Assembly (NCBI GenBank): GCA_963674695.2
Contig: CAXXGI010000003.1
Coordinates: forward strand, 1,027,658-1,091,657
Direction: 5' to 3'
DNA length: 64,000 bases
DNA from: a bacterium
Lineage (GTDB): Bacteria; UBA10199; 2-02-FULL-44-16; JAAZCA01
The notes beneath the pieces are model-generated. The model ran no database searches. It saw nothing but the letters and a program-made list of their open reading frames with translations, and was not told where the DNA came from. Positions 38,063 through 47,982 of the stretch are shown in pieces; the first letter of the stretch is position 1, and each line of letters opens with the position of its first letter. The translations under genes and the position numbers were made by a program.

Positions 38063-38674
38063 TCAGAGGTGTTTTGAAATCGCGCTCAAGAGGTCCTGCC
38101 GATGGATGAAGTCCTCGAGGTAATCGACGCGCTCCGTCGAGATCTCCAGGATCGGCGAGCGTATATAGCGGGCGATCCATCGACGATACGAGCGCTCGAG
38201 TCGCTTCAGGTATGCATCCGGAATGTTTCGCTCGATCGAGCGACCGCGACCGGCGATGCGTTTTTTGAGGGTACGCAGAGGGCAGTGCAGAAAGAGGAGC
38301 AGATCGGGCGGACGAATGACCTCGACCATCGCCTCGTAGAGGTCGCGATAGGTGCGATATTCCTCGCGGGTCATGTACTTCTGGCGATACAGATTGTGGG
38401 CAAAGATCTCGGCATCCTCATAGAGGGAACGATCCTGAACGACCGTTCCGGGGAAACGATCGAGCTCCTGATGGATACGAAACTTCTGCGTAAGAAAATG
38501 CATCTGCGAATGAAAGGCCCAACGCTTCATGTCTTTATAGAAGAGCGAGAGAAAGGGATTGATGTCGTTCGGTTCGAAGAAGGGCTTGAGATCGAAATGT
38601 CGACAGAGAAAATCGACCAGCGAGGATTTCCCCGAACCCATATTTCCCGCGATGGCGATATATTTCGTGGCCAT
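38063..38674 (-). CDS. Deoxynucleoside kinase
   Basis: GNMGSGKS, QDRSLYED, RIAGRGR. Confidence 0.9.
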   Translation of the reverse strand: MATKYIAIAGNMGSGKSSLVDFLCRHFDLKPFFEPNDINPFLSLFYKDMKRWAFHSQMHFLTQKFRIHQELDRFPGTVVQDRSLYEDAEIFAHNLYRQKYMTREEYRTYRDLYEAMVEVIRPPDLLLFLHCPLRTLKKRIAGRGRSIERNIPDAYLKRLERSYRRWIARYIRSPILEISTERVDYLEDFIHRQDLLSAISKHL

Positions 38675-38682
38675 GGTATGGC

Positions 38683-38720
38683 TCGTTGTTCGTTATTCGT
38701 TATTCGTTGATCGTTGTTCG
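38683..38720 (-). repeat. 7-bp array (TCGTTRT on +) spanning the etfA stop
   Basis: TCGTTGT TCGTTAT TCGTTAT TCGTTGA TCGTTGT. Confidence 0.8.
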
Positions 38721-39667
38721 AGGATCGAAACCAGTGCCGGCACGACGGCGAAGAGATCGCCCACGATGCCGAAGTCGGCCTTCGAAAAGATCGGCGCCTC
38801 CGGATCGCTGTTGATGGCGACGACGGTCTTGGCCGAACGAATGCCCGCGATATGCTGAATGGAACCGGAGATGCCGCAGGCGATGTAGAGCTTGGGCGCG
38901 ACGACACGCCCGGTCTGGCCGACCTGATGGTCGTGTGAAATCGAACCCGCGTCGACCGCCGCCCGCGAAGCACCGACCTGTGCGCCGATGGCCTCGGCCA
39001 AACCTGCCAGGAGACCAAACCCCTCCACGCTCCCGACCGGCCGCCCGCCGGCGACGATGCGATCGGCCTCCGCCAGATCCTGAAGCCCCGCCTCGGTTTC
39101 GATCACCTCGGCGACGCTCGCACGCGTTTCCCGGGGTGCCGTCTCGATGCGATCCACCGTACACAGGCTCCCGGTCGTCTCGGGCACGGGAAAGGCATTC
39201 GGGCGAAATGTCGCCACGATCGGCGTGCCGGTGAGCGCAAACGACACGACGACGTTTCCGCCATACTGCGACCTCCGACCGGAAAACCCCTCCTCGGTGA
39301 ACGCTCCATCGAGACAGGCGGTCGCCATCCCCGTATCGAGACAGGCGGCCAGGCGCGCCAAGGCATCGTGTCCCAACGGCGTCTCGGTGGCGACGATCGC
39401 ATCTACGGACAATCGACCGACGAGTTCGGCGACGAAGGGTGCGGCCGTCTCGCCCGTGAGGCGATCGGGATCGGCAGCAACCGCAACGAAGGCACGATCC
39501 ACGCCAACCCCGCCCAGCTGCGCCGCACACCCCTCGGCATCGCCGAAGAGGAGGGCTGTCACCTCACCGTCGACTCCCGCAAACGCCCGCGCCTTCCCCG
39601 CCAACTCCAACGAGGCACGCTTGAGCGTTCCCCCTTCATGCTCTGCGATGAGAAGAATTTTTTTCAT
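38693..39667 (-). CDS. etfA: Electron transfer flavoprotein alpha subunit
   Basis: GASRAAVD, QVGQTG, YIACGISGSIQH, AINSDPEAPIF; start revised. Confidence 0.95.
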   Translation of the reverse strand: MKKILLIAEHEGGTLKRASLELAGKARAFAGVDGEVTALLFGDAEGCAAQLGGVGVDRAFVAVAADPDRLTGETAAPFVAELVGRLSVDAIVATETPLGHDALARLAACLDTGMATACLDGAFTEEGFSGRRSQYGGNVVVSFALTGTPIVATFRPNAFPVPETTGSLCTVDRIETAPRETRASVAEVIETEAGLQDLAEADRIVAGGRPVGSVEGFGLLAGLAEAIGAQVGASRAAVDAGSISHDHQVGQTGRVVAPKLYIACGISGSIQHIAGIRSAKTVVAINSDPEAPIFSKADFGIVGDLFAVVPALVSILEQRSTNNE

Positions 39668-39697
39668 ACCTTCCTTCAGGAGGCGCCTCGAGCACAT

Positions 39698-39772
39698 GCG
39701 CCGCGAGGGGACAAACGGAGCTATTTTTACAGGTTCACGTGAAAAATGGTTTCGTTTTTCCCCGGGAGGCGC
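39698..39772 (+). repeat. Dispersed hairpin element family A, copy 3
   Basis: CGCC GCGA GGGG ... ACAGGTTCA loop ... CCCC GGGA GGCG. Confidence 0.75.
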
Positions 39773-39798
39773 CCTGGCACTTGCGCCATCAGGGGGAC

Positions 39799-40569
39799 CT
39801 ACAGCAGATCCTCATCTCGAAGCATGCGCACAAGTTCGGCAGCCGCCTCGGCGGGCTCCCCCGCGATCATCCGACAGGGGTCACGCTCGGGCGGCGCCTC
39901 AAAACGCGTGGGGCGAAAAGATGCAACCATCTCATCTGACAGCTCCGCACCGGGACGAACATCGAGCGGCTTGCGCTTGGCCTTCATCATCCCAGGGAGC
40001 GAAACAAACCGCGGCTCATTGAGCCCCTTCTCACACGCGATGAGGATCGGCAGGGTCGATTCGATGCGCTGTTTGGTACTGCCCGCCGTCGGACGGGTGA
40101 GACGAACCGTCCTGCCCTCATCATCGATGGAAAATTCCTCCACGGGGGAAACATGCGGCCATCTCAAACGTTCGGCCACACCGGCGGGCACCGCCGCCTG
40201 TTCGTCATCGACGGCCATCTTTCCGGCAAAGAGGATGTCGAAGGATTCCGGAACAGAAACAGCCGCGAGAAGACGCGCCGTCAAAGCGGCATCGAGCACA
40301 TTCGCCTCGACATCGATCCGAATGGCGCGATCGGCACCCATCGCCATCGCCTTGCGCAGGGCATCGTCGGCGCGCACAGGACCCGCCGTGATGACCACGA
40401 CCTCGCCGCCGAGCTTCTCCTTCAGGCGCAGGGCTTCCTCGATGGCATATTCATCATACGGATTGATCGCCCAGGAGACACAGGACTCCTCGATGCCGGA
40501 GCCATCCGACCTGACGTGAACCGGCACCTCGGTGTCGGGAACTTGTTTGATGAGCACACCGATTTTCAC
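39799..40569 (-). CDS. etfB: Electron transfer flavoprotein beta subunit
   Basis: KQVPDT, NPYDEYAIEEAL, AMGAD, NEPRF; probable GTG start. Confidence 0.94.
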   Translation of the reverse strand: MKIGVLIKQVPDTEVPVHVRSDGSGIEESCVSWAINPYDEYAIEEALRLKEKLGGEVVVITAGPVRADDALRKAMAMGADRAIRIDVEANVLDAALTARLLAAVSVPESFDILFAGKMAVDDEQAAVPAGVAERLRWPHVSPVEEFSIDDEGRTVRLTRPTAGSTKQRIESTLPILIACEKGLNEPRFVSLPGMMKAKRKPLDVRPGAELSDEMVASFRPTRFEAPPERDPCRMIAGEPAEAAAELVRMLRDEDLL

Positions 40570-40585
40570 ACGAAACCCCAAGAAC

Positions 40586-40770
40586 GCCAGTCAAGCCAGT
40601 CAAGCTAGTCAAGCTAGTCAAGCTAGTCAAGCTAGACAGGTTAAAACATGCCTGACTGACCTGACTAGCCTGACTGGCTTGATTCGCCTGACTGGCCTGA
40701 CTGGCCTGACTGGCTTGTCTCGCCTGACTGGCCTGACCGCCTGACCGCCTGACTGGCCGTGACTGGCCTG
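40586..40770 (-). repeat. Inverted 9-bp junction array between ahcY and etfB
   Basis: + strand GCYAGTCAA x6, spacer, GCCTGACTG-type x13. Confidence 0.9.
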
Positions 40771-40775
40771 CTTCA

Positions 40776-42179
40776 CTAGTATCGATAATGTTCCGGCTTG
40801 TACGGCCCTTCCGTCGGCACGCCGATATAGTCGGCCTGTTCAGCAGAGAGCTTCGTCAGCTTTGCGCCCAGCTTCTCCACGTGGAGACGAGCGACCTCCT
40901 CGTCGAGTTTCTTGGAGAGACAGAAGACGCCCACGTCATGCTGGTTTTGCCAGAGGTCCATCTGGGCGAGCACCTGGTTGGTGAAGGAGTTCGACATCAC
41001 GAAACTCGGATGTCCCGTGGCACAACCGAGGTTGACCAGCCGCCCTTCGGCCAGCAGGTAGATCGCATTGCCATTGGAAAAGGTGTATTTGTCGACCTGC
41101 GGTTTGACCGTGAGCTTATGCACGCCCGGCCAGGCATTGAGCTTGGAGACCTGGATCTCGTTATCGAAGTGCCCGATGTTGCAGACGATGGCCTGATCCT
41201 TCATCTTCGACATGTGCTCGGCGGTGATGACGTCGCGATTGCCGGTGGTCGTCACGAAGATATCGCCATGCTCGAGCGCCTCTTCGATCGTCATGACCTG
41301 ATAGCCGGCCATGAGCGCCTGCAATGCACAGATCGGGTCGATCTCGGTGACGATCACGCGCGCATTGAGTGCCGCGAGCGACTGCGCGGAGCCCTTGCCC
41401 ACATCGCCGTAGCCGCAGATTATGGCGGTCTTTCCGGCGATCATCACGTCGGTGGCGCGCTTGATGCCGTCCACGAGCGATTCGCGGCAGCCATAGACGT
41501 TGTCGAACTTCGACTTGGTCACGGAATCGTTCACGTTGATGGCGGGCACGAGGAGATTCCCGTCGCGGGCCATTTGATAGAGGCGATGCACACCGGTGGT
41601 CGTCTCTTCGGAGACGCCCTTCCACTCCTTGGCCACCGCGTGCCAAAATTTCGGCTCGGCGGCGAGCGTCTCTTTGAGCATCGCATTGATGCACTGCACT
41701 TCATGGTTGTCGGTCGGCTCGTCGAGGATCGCCGCATTCGTCTCGGCCTCATACCCGCGATGAATGAGCAGCGTCGCATCGCCCCCATCGTCGACGATGA
41801 GATTCGGGCCCTCGCCCGTCGGCCAGGTCAGCGCCTGCTTCGTGCACCACCAATATTCTTCGAGCGACTCGCCCTTCCAGGCGAAGACGGGAACGCCACT
41901 GGCGGCGATGGCTGCCGCGGCATGATCCTGTGTGGAGAAGATGTTGCAGGAAGCCCAGCGCACATCTGCCCCGAGCTCCACGAGCGTCTCGATGAGAACC
42001 GCCGTCTGGATCGTCATGTGGAGACTGCCCGAAACGCGCGCGCCCATAAGCGGCTTCTCTTTCCCATACTTCTCGCGAATCGCCATGAGCCCCGGCATCT
42101 CCTTCTCGGCGATATCCATCTCGCGACGGCCCCAATCGGCAAGTGCGATGTCCGCCACTTTATAATCGGTTTGTGTCAT
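40776..42179 (-). CDS. ahcY: Adenosylhomocysteinase
   Basis: [45 protein letters not shown] end; RBS GGAGG (alternative start 42242). Confidence 0.96.
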   Translation of the reverse strand: MTQTDYKVADIALADWGRREMDIAEKEMPGLMAIREKYGKEKPLMGARVSGSLHMTIQTAVLIETLVELGADVRWASCNIFSTQDHAAAAIAASGVPVFAWKGESLEEYWWCTKQALTWPTGEGPNLIVDDGGDATLLIHRGYEAETNAAILDEPTDNHEVQCINAMLKETLAAEPKFWHAVAKEWKGVSEETTTGVHRLYQMARDGNLLVPAINVNDSVTKSKFDNVYGCRESLVDGIKRATDVMIAGKTAIICGYGDVGKGSAQSLAALNARVIVTEIDPICALQALMAGYQVMTIEEALEHGDIFVTTTGNRDVITAEHMSKMKDQAIVCNIGHFDNEIQVSKLNAWPGVHKLTVKPQVDKYTFSNGNAIYLLAEGRLVNLGCATGHPSFVMSNSFTNQVLAQMDLWQNQHDVGVFCLSKKLDEEVARLHVEKLGAKLTKLSAEQADYIGVPTEGPYKPEHYRY

Positions 42180-42317
42180 GTTCTGACCTCCACAGCAGCA
42201 AGGCGCCTTCGCTTTCGCGCGCACCTCCGGTTGCGTTGACATAGAATACCCCTTCCGTTTGAGTGAGCGGCAGCTATACCGCATTGGATCGCTATTTCAA
42301 GCCTTTTCCTTCGTCTC

Positions 42318-42338
42318 TGGTCCATGGTCCATGGTCTA
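42318..42338 (-). repeat. TGGTCCA x3 array immediately after the phosphodiesterase stop
   Basis: TGGTCCA TGGTCCA TGGTCTA. Confidence 0.6.
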
Positions 42339-43757
42339 TCACAGGGGCTGACCATCGAGGTAAGCAGGGAGCGGTTCACCCAGGAGCGAAAGGATCGTCG
42401 GGAAAAGATCGACGGTGCGCATCGGCTCCTCGGCAAAGCGCCGATTCGTGAGAATGGGCACGCGCATATGGCTCTCATGCAACGATCCATGTGAACCATG
42501 GTGTTCGGGGTGCTCATACTTGAGACGCAGATCGAATCCGGGCGTGGCCGAGAGGAGTAGATCCCCCGATCGCGCCGCAGTGAGCAGATGCGCAATCTGA
42601 AAGGGGGCGTCGGGATAGGCCGAATTCCACGTCTGTTTGAGACAATCGCGCGAAGTCAACGCTGTCGGCATCGGCCCATATCCGAAGGGGTCCGTGCTGA
42701 GCACTTCATAGTGCAGGCGATCGCCATCGAGTCGCACGCAGGCCTCGCCCCGCCGACTGAGTACATCGGCCCCTCCCTCTTCATTCCGACAGATGACGAG
42801 ATCGATCGCGTCCTCTTGCTGCAGGGCCTCGACAAAACCGGGGCTCATCCGCTCGAGTTCACCGCGCGTCGTTCGACGCGACCAGCCATCGCTGTTTTTA
42901 AAATACAGATGCGTCATGCCGTTGCCCGACACCATGTTCGCCGAGCGCTTGCCCTTCTTATCGAAGATGCACGGATAGAAAAATGCGGGCATGCCGCGGC
43001 CCTCGAGAAAGGTGTTCACGCAGAAATGCGCATCGGTCTTGGACAGACCGTGATCGGAGACGATGAAGAGCGAGGTGCACTCCCAGGCGCCGTCGCGTTT
43101 GAGATCCGCGACGATCTCGCCGACCGCATGGTCCAGCCACCGATAGCGTTCGATCGTCTTCGGATCGCGGGGATGGATCAGGTGTGAATATTCGTCGATG
43201 CCGGGAAAGACGGCGAAGAGAAAGCGCGGCCGACGGCGCGCAAGCACGCGGCGTATCTTGGCCAGCCCCGCCTCATCGGCAAATGCCCAGCGATCGGTGA
43301 GATGGGCATAGTACCAATACCAGATGCGACTGATGCGCGTGGCGTTGCGTCGCCCTGCCCCGCGCGCGATCGGGTTGAAGACATTCCAGGAATCGGGAAC
43401 GAGTTCAAAGATCGTGCGGATCTGCTTCTGCATGTCGCCCGCCATACAGAAGCTCTCGAGCCCCACGTAAGAACGATAGCGGTCGAAGGAACGACCGGAC
43501 GCGTAGAGGGTTTTATCGAACCACCGAATGCCGGGCACATTGCACGTGCCGGGAAGACAGCCGGTCAGGTAGGGCAGATAGGCCGGACCCGTCGTCGAGG
43601 GAAAGCTCGTCACCGCATCGAGGATCGACCCTGGCTCGACGAGATAACGCGCGATGTTCGGCAGATCGCCGGATGCAAGCAGCTCGCGCATCACATCGGC
43701 GCGCGCGCCGTCGGCGAGAATGGTGATAACGCGTTGAGAATGGAGATGATCCGTCAT
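42339..43757 (-). CDS. Alkaline phosphatase superfamily / type I phosphodiesterase-nucleotide pyrophosphatase
   Basis: DG, FPSTT nucleophile, DEYSH, SDHG, HGS. Confidence 0.85.
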   Translation of the reverse strand: MTDHLHSQRVITILADGARADVMRELLASGDLPNIARYLVEPGSILDAVTSFPSTTGPAYLPYLTGCLPGTCNVPGIRWFDKTLYASGRSFDRYRSYVGLESFCMAGDMQKQIRTIFELVPDSWNVFNPIARGAGRRNATRISRIWYWYYAHLTDRWAFADEAGLAKIRRVLARRRPRFLFAVFPGIDEYSHLIHPRDPKTIERYRWLDHAVGEIVADLKRDGAWECTSLFIVSDHGLSKTDAHFCVNTFLEGRGMPAFFYPCIFDKKGKRSANMVSGNGMTHLYFKNSDGWSRRTTRGELERMSPGFVEALQQEDAIDLVICRNEEGGADVLSRRGEACVRLDGDRLHYEVLSTDPFGYGPMPTALTSRDCLKQTWNSAYPDAPFQIAHLLTAARSGDLLLSATPGFDLRLKYEHPEHHGSHGSLHESHMRVPILTNRRFAEEPMRTVDLFPTILSLLGEPLPAYLDGQPL

Positions 43758-43771
43758 GGTGGCTCGCGCGC

Positions 43772-44485
43772 TCAGTGTGCAGACGCGGAAGCGGCATCAC
43801 CGCTCGCGTCCTTCGGCCCGCGCTTGTTCCGAATGCTGTCGAGCTTGTTGCTCATCCGGCTGACCAACTCCGGATAGCCGTGTTTCTTGATGATGCTGTT
43901 GAATTGATAGCGATAGTTATCGACGAGGCTCGCTTCATCCACGATGACATCGTAGATCACCCAGCCATCGCCCGCCTTCTTCATGCGATAATTGAGCGTA
44001 ATCGTGATCTTCTCCGAAGGGACCGACACGCGCGTCTTCACAAACGCACGGGTCTTTTCCGCATTGAGAAAGGTATGACCGCTGTAGCTCACGGAGTACT
44101 TTCCGCCGGAGTGCTTGCTCTTCTGAATCGACTGCTCCTTGGAGAAGAGGGCCTTCTCTTCGAGGAGATCCGAGAGCAGCTTCGGAAATGCCTCGCGCTC
44201 TTGCGGTGTGCGCTCCTTCCAGTGCCTTCCGAGCGAGAGCCGTGAGAGTTCTTTTACGTCGAAGGTCCCGCTGATCACTTCGCGTTTGAGGTTCTGGTTG
44301 AAAGCCTCATCCTCCGGCGAGAGAGGCTTGCCCCCTTCGCGCACCTTGAACTGTTCGAGCTTGGTGTCGAGCGCCTTGATGGACGCGGTTGGCGTTATCG
44401 CCGCCACACTCACAGCGGAGAGCAGCATGACCAACATCGGCAACGTCCAGACCAAGATCCTGCAGATCGCATTCCGTTTCATCAT
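43772..44485 (-). CDS. MlaC/Ttg2D-family periplasmic binding protein
   Basis: FD...LSLGRHW, W.IYDVIVDEASLVDNYRYQF. Confidence 0.8.
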   Translation of the reverse strand: MMKRNAICRILVWTLPMLVMLLSAVSVAAITPTASIKALDTKLEQFKVREGGKPLSPEDEAFNQNLKREVISGTFDVKELSRLSLGRHWKERTPQEREAFPKLLSDLLEEKALFSKEQSIQKSKHSGGKYSVSYSGHTFLNAEKTRAFVKTRVSVPSEKITITLNYRMKKAGDGWVIYDVIVDEASLVDNYRYQFNSIIKKHGYPELVSRMSNKLDSIRNKRGPKDASGDAASASAH

Positions 44486-44487
44486 AT

Positions 44488-46185
44488 CTATTGTCCCCCC
44501 ATCGCTCCGACTGGCTCCCCGCCTGCTCCGACGGAACCGGGCGTATCCATGTCCATGAATTGACGTCCCTCTCCCTGAATCGCGCTGCCCGCTTCTTGCT
44601 CGATGCCCGCCTCGGAGAAAACACCATTTCGTCCCGACGCCGACAGCTCATCGTGTTTGGCCTCGCCGACACGCTTGGCCAGCTCCGCCAGGGCCACATT
44701 ATAACTGAATATCGCTTTATAATACTGTCCACGCGTCAGGAGCACGATCTTGAGCGCATCGGCATACTTCTGTTGATCCTCCTCCAGACCCATATCGTAA
44801 TTGATCTTGGAGAGAAACATCATCTGCTGCGCCATCGACTTGGCATCCGCGGCACGATCGAGATCCTTGCGCGCGCGCTTCACATTGAGATAGGCCTTGC
44901 GCAGATCGAGCCCCGCCGCGCGCCGCGCCAGAAGCCGTTCCACGCTCGCCTTGTAGTACTCCGCGCGCGACTTCCGGATGCGCCCAAGCGAACCATGGAC
45001 ATCGATGCTCCCCTTCACCTCGATGCCAACGCCGGCGCGCGTATAGTTGAATGGGTTGTTATAGTCGTCAGTGGAAGTGATTCCACTGATCGGGCCAACA
45101 GCACGACCAACATCGACGAAGAATCCGACACCCATGCGCGGTGCAAGCTTGAAACGTTCCAGGCGATACTGCTGGCGCTTCACCTCGACGCCGACGTCCA
45201 CGAGCTTGAGCTCCGGCATGGTGTCGAGCCCCGTATCGAAATAGCGCTCGTAGGCGGCAAGATCCACATCCTCCGCCTTGAGCGATTTCATCTCGAGCTC
45301 AAGCGGTTCGTCCGGCATCAGCCCCATCTGGATGCGCAGACCCTCCCGCGCCAACTCAATGTTCTCGCGGGTCTCCGCCAGCCGGCGCTGCAAATCCGTG
45401 TGAAAGAGTTTGAGCTGCAGGTTATCATAGGGATCCATGATCTCCTCTTCCGGCAGTTCCTCACCCGCAATCTCCGCCTCGTCAAAGCGCGCCTTTTTCT
45501 CCGCCTCCCCCTTGATCTTGTTGTGCAACCGATCAGCGGCATCCGCCAAGAGCCCCTCCACCTCGCGCGCGAGCAAAATACCGTAGTAGAGTTTTTTGAC
45601 CTCAGAGATCGTCTGCTCGCGCGTCTGCGCCTCACGAATACGCGCGGCCTGAACGCCCCCCGTCGCCATATTCTTCACCGCCAGCAACTGTCCGAAGGTC
45701 ATGATCGGCATACCGATGCCGACGCGAATGCTCTGGAAGAGCGTCACCTCGCCATCGAAGAAGGAATTGAAGGCATTGCTCGCATCGGTGGGAACCGGCG
45801 CGACGCGGTACTTATATTCGAGGACCGGCCAGAATTGAGCATTCGCTTCCGTGAGCTGACCACGCGCGGCCTGCACCTCATAGCCCGACGCCCGAATGCG
45901 GATATTGCGATCGAGTGCGACGCGGATACAATCGTCGAGAGAAAAACTTTTCCCGGAAAAGGGATCGCTGCGCTTGGCCAGATCGCGCTCGAGAATGACG
46001 GGATCGATCGCAAACGTAGGCGCGCTCGACTGGGCCGCTGCCGCCAACTCCGGCGAGGCCTGTACGGCCACCTCGCCGTGAACGAGGGGAGTCGACTGGG
46101 CCGACACTCCCAAGGGCAGGGCCGCCGACAGCATTCCCGCCAGGAGCATCCACCCGCGCAAACGATGTCTCGATACATCGATCAT
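44488..46185 (-). CDS. TolC-family outer membrane efflux protein
   Basis: Signal peptide, SLDDCIRVALDRN, helical repeats, YNVALAEL. Confidence 0.8.
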   Translation of the reverse strand: MIDVSRHRLRGWMLLAGMLSAALPLGVSAQSTPLVHGEVAVQASPELAAAAQSSAPTFAIDPVILERDLAKRSDPFSGKSFSLDDCIRVALDRNIRIRASGYEVQAARGQLTEANAQFWPVLEYKYRVAPVPTDASNAFNSFFDGEVTLFQSIRVGIGMPIMTFGQLLAVKNMATGGVQAARIREAQTREQTISEVKKLYYGILLAREVEGLLADAADRLHNKIKGEAEKKARFDEAEIAGEELPEEEIMDPYDNLQLKLFHTDLQRRLAETRENIELAREGLRIQMGLMPDEPLELEMKSLKAEDVDLAAYERYFDTGLDTMPELKLVDVGVEVKRQQYRLERFKLAPRMGVGFFVDVGRAVGPISGITSTDDYNNPFNYTRAGVGIEVKGSIDVHGSLGRIRKSRAEYYKASVERLLARRAAGLDLRKAYLNVKRARKDLDRAADAKSMAQQMMFLSKINYDMGLEEDQQKYADALKIVLLTRGQYYKAIFSYNVALAELAKRVGEAKHDELSASGRNGVFSEAGIEQEAGSAIQGEGRQFMDMDTPGSVGAGGEPVGAMGGQ

Positions 46186-46302
46186 AAAACGAAAATCATC
46201 CCGTTATTTGATGGGTTACAGTGAGCGTGGGCTCTATCAGATGAGGTGGGTGAAAGCAAATATTTCAGCGAAGGCAACCGAATGAAGGGAATGGCAATAT
46301 CA

Positions 46303-47751
46303 TCAATTGTTTCGGGAAGTTACGGTAGTTGTCAGGGCAGGACGGCGTTCCAGGCGACGGGCGCGCTCCGTCTGGCTGAAAACAGCCGCGGGCTTGAGCG
46401 GCAACGTGAACTGAAATTCACTGCCACGCCCCTCTTTGCTCGTCAGCCACATACGCCCGCCGTGCAGTTCGACAAGCTTCTTGGAAATGGTCAGCCCTAG
46501 CCCCATGCCCTCGTGCTCGCGCGTGATCGATCCGTCGGCCTGGCAGAACCCTTCGAAGATCATCTTCTGTTTGTTCTTGGCGATCCCCACACCCGTATCC
46601 TTGACCCGCACCTTGAGCATCTCGCCGCACTTCTCCGCATCGACCGTAATGCGTCCCTGCTTGGTGAACTTGGCCGCATTGCCCAGCAGGTGCCGCATGA
46701 CCTGCGTCAGGTATTTCTCATCGCCGTAGACGCGGGGCATGTTGTCCGGCAGGTTGAGCTCCAAGCGTGTATGTTTGGTCAACGGCAGGTTGTCGGCAGC
46801 GCGCGCAGCAAGCCGCTCCATATTGATGCGCTGCACATTGAGCATGAGACAGTTCGACTCGATCTTGGAGATATCGACGAGCGCGGAGACCGTGGACAAG
46901 AGCCGCACGCCGGAGCGATGGATCATCTCGGCATGCCGAACCTGTTCCTCCGAAACCGTTCCGTCCGCCCCCTCGAGCATGAGCTCGGAGATACCGATGA
47001 TGCCGGTCAGCGGCGTGCGCAGTTCGTGCGAAACGTTGGCGAGCATCTCGGTCTTGAAGCGCGAGACCTGCTGCAGTTCGAGATTCTGCCGAACCATCGC
47101 CTGATAGAGATTGGCATTGTGAATGGCCGTTGCAAACTGCACCGCCATGAGCTTGAGCAAATCACGCGTGGCGGAATCGTAGGAACCACTCTCGCGCGAA
47201 CCGATGTTGATCACGCCATAGAGCTTATCGCTGACAAAGAGCGGAATGCAGGCCTCCGCATTAAAGCGTACAAAATAGGACAGCCCCTCCGACTTCATGG
47301 CCTTGTGCCCCTTGGTCTGCACCAATTCGCGGCGAGAGATCACCTCGCGATGATTCTCAATCCAGTCCAGGAAGGGACGCACCTCATCGACATTGAAGCT
47401 GAAGGGCTTGAGCCCCTGCGTCGCCTTGATCTGGAAGGTCCCCTTCGCATCGCGAATGATAAGCGAGGCCCCGGAGGCGCCGACGACGCGACAGACCGCC
47501 CGCAGGATGGCCGGGTAGAGCTCGCGCCGATCCTCGATCGATCCGATCCGCTCCAGATACTTCTGGAAGACGCGCCGATAATCATAGGGGGGTTGGCGGA
47601 GCAGATACTGCCGCAGGAGGGGGGCCAGCGTCTGCCACCGCAGGGCGATGCCGCTGGCCAACAGCAGAAAACCGACGATGCCGGCGCTGAGCATCAGCGT
47701 CGGCATGGCTGCGGCCACAAATTGAGATGAAAGTTGCCCGAGATTCACCAT
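46303..47751 (-). CDS. GAF-domain sensor histidine kinase
   Basis: GAF, H-box SHELRTPL, N-box NAAKFT, DTGVG, GMGLGL. Confidence 0.9.
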   Translation of the reverse strand: MVNLGQLSSQFVAAAMPTLMLSAGIVGFLLLASGIALRWQTLAPLLRQYLLRQPPYDYRRVFQKYLERIGSIEDRRELYPAILRAVCRVVGASGASLIIRDAKGTFQIKATQGLKPFSFNVDEVRPFLDWIENHREVISRRELVQTKGHKAMKSEGLSYFVRFNAEACIPLFVSDKLYGVINIGSRESGSYDSATRDLLKLMAVQFATAIHNANLYQAMVRQNLELQQVSRFKTEMLANVSHELRTPLTGIIGISELMLEGADGTVSEEQVRHAEMIHRSGVRLLSTVSALVDISKIESNCLMLNVQRINMERLAARAADNLPLTKHTRLELNLPDNMPRVYGDEKYLTQVMRHLLGNAAKFTKQGRITVDAEKCGEMLKVRVKDTGVGIAKNKQKMIFEGFCQADGSITREHEGMGLGLTISKKLVELHGGRMWLTSKEGRGSEFQFTLPLKPAAVFSQTERARRLERRPALTTTVTSRNN

Positions 47752-47982
47752 TCCCCCCGTCGAACGATAGATCTATTCCGGTATTATATGTATATTTCAA
47801 GGGGTTGGCAATCATTTGTTCACGAACACTTCATGTTTTTTCATGAAATACCTGTTCTGTAGGGAATTCTCACTTGACTCAAAAAAGCGACACACGCATC
47901 ATGTCAGCCGAAAAAGCGCCATTGTGAAAGAATATCGAAGGCCTGGCGCTTGTCACCTCTCTCTGATCGAGGACCACCGACC

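Noticed and set aside
42180-42338. SAH or SAM riboswitch upstream of ahcY
   Set aside because: Consensus elements not recognised by eye; an Rfam scan would be needed.
44491-46224. Long antisense ORFs (also 8108-9466, 40788-42239, 50819-52564 and others)
   Set aside because: Shadow frames of real genes in GC-rich DNA, with no recognisable motifs.
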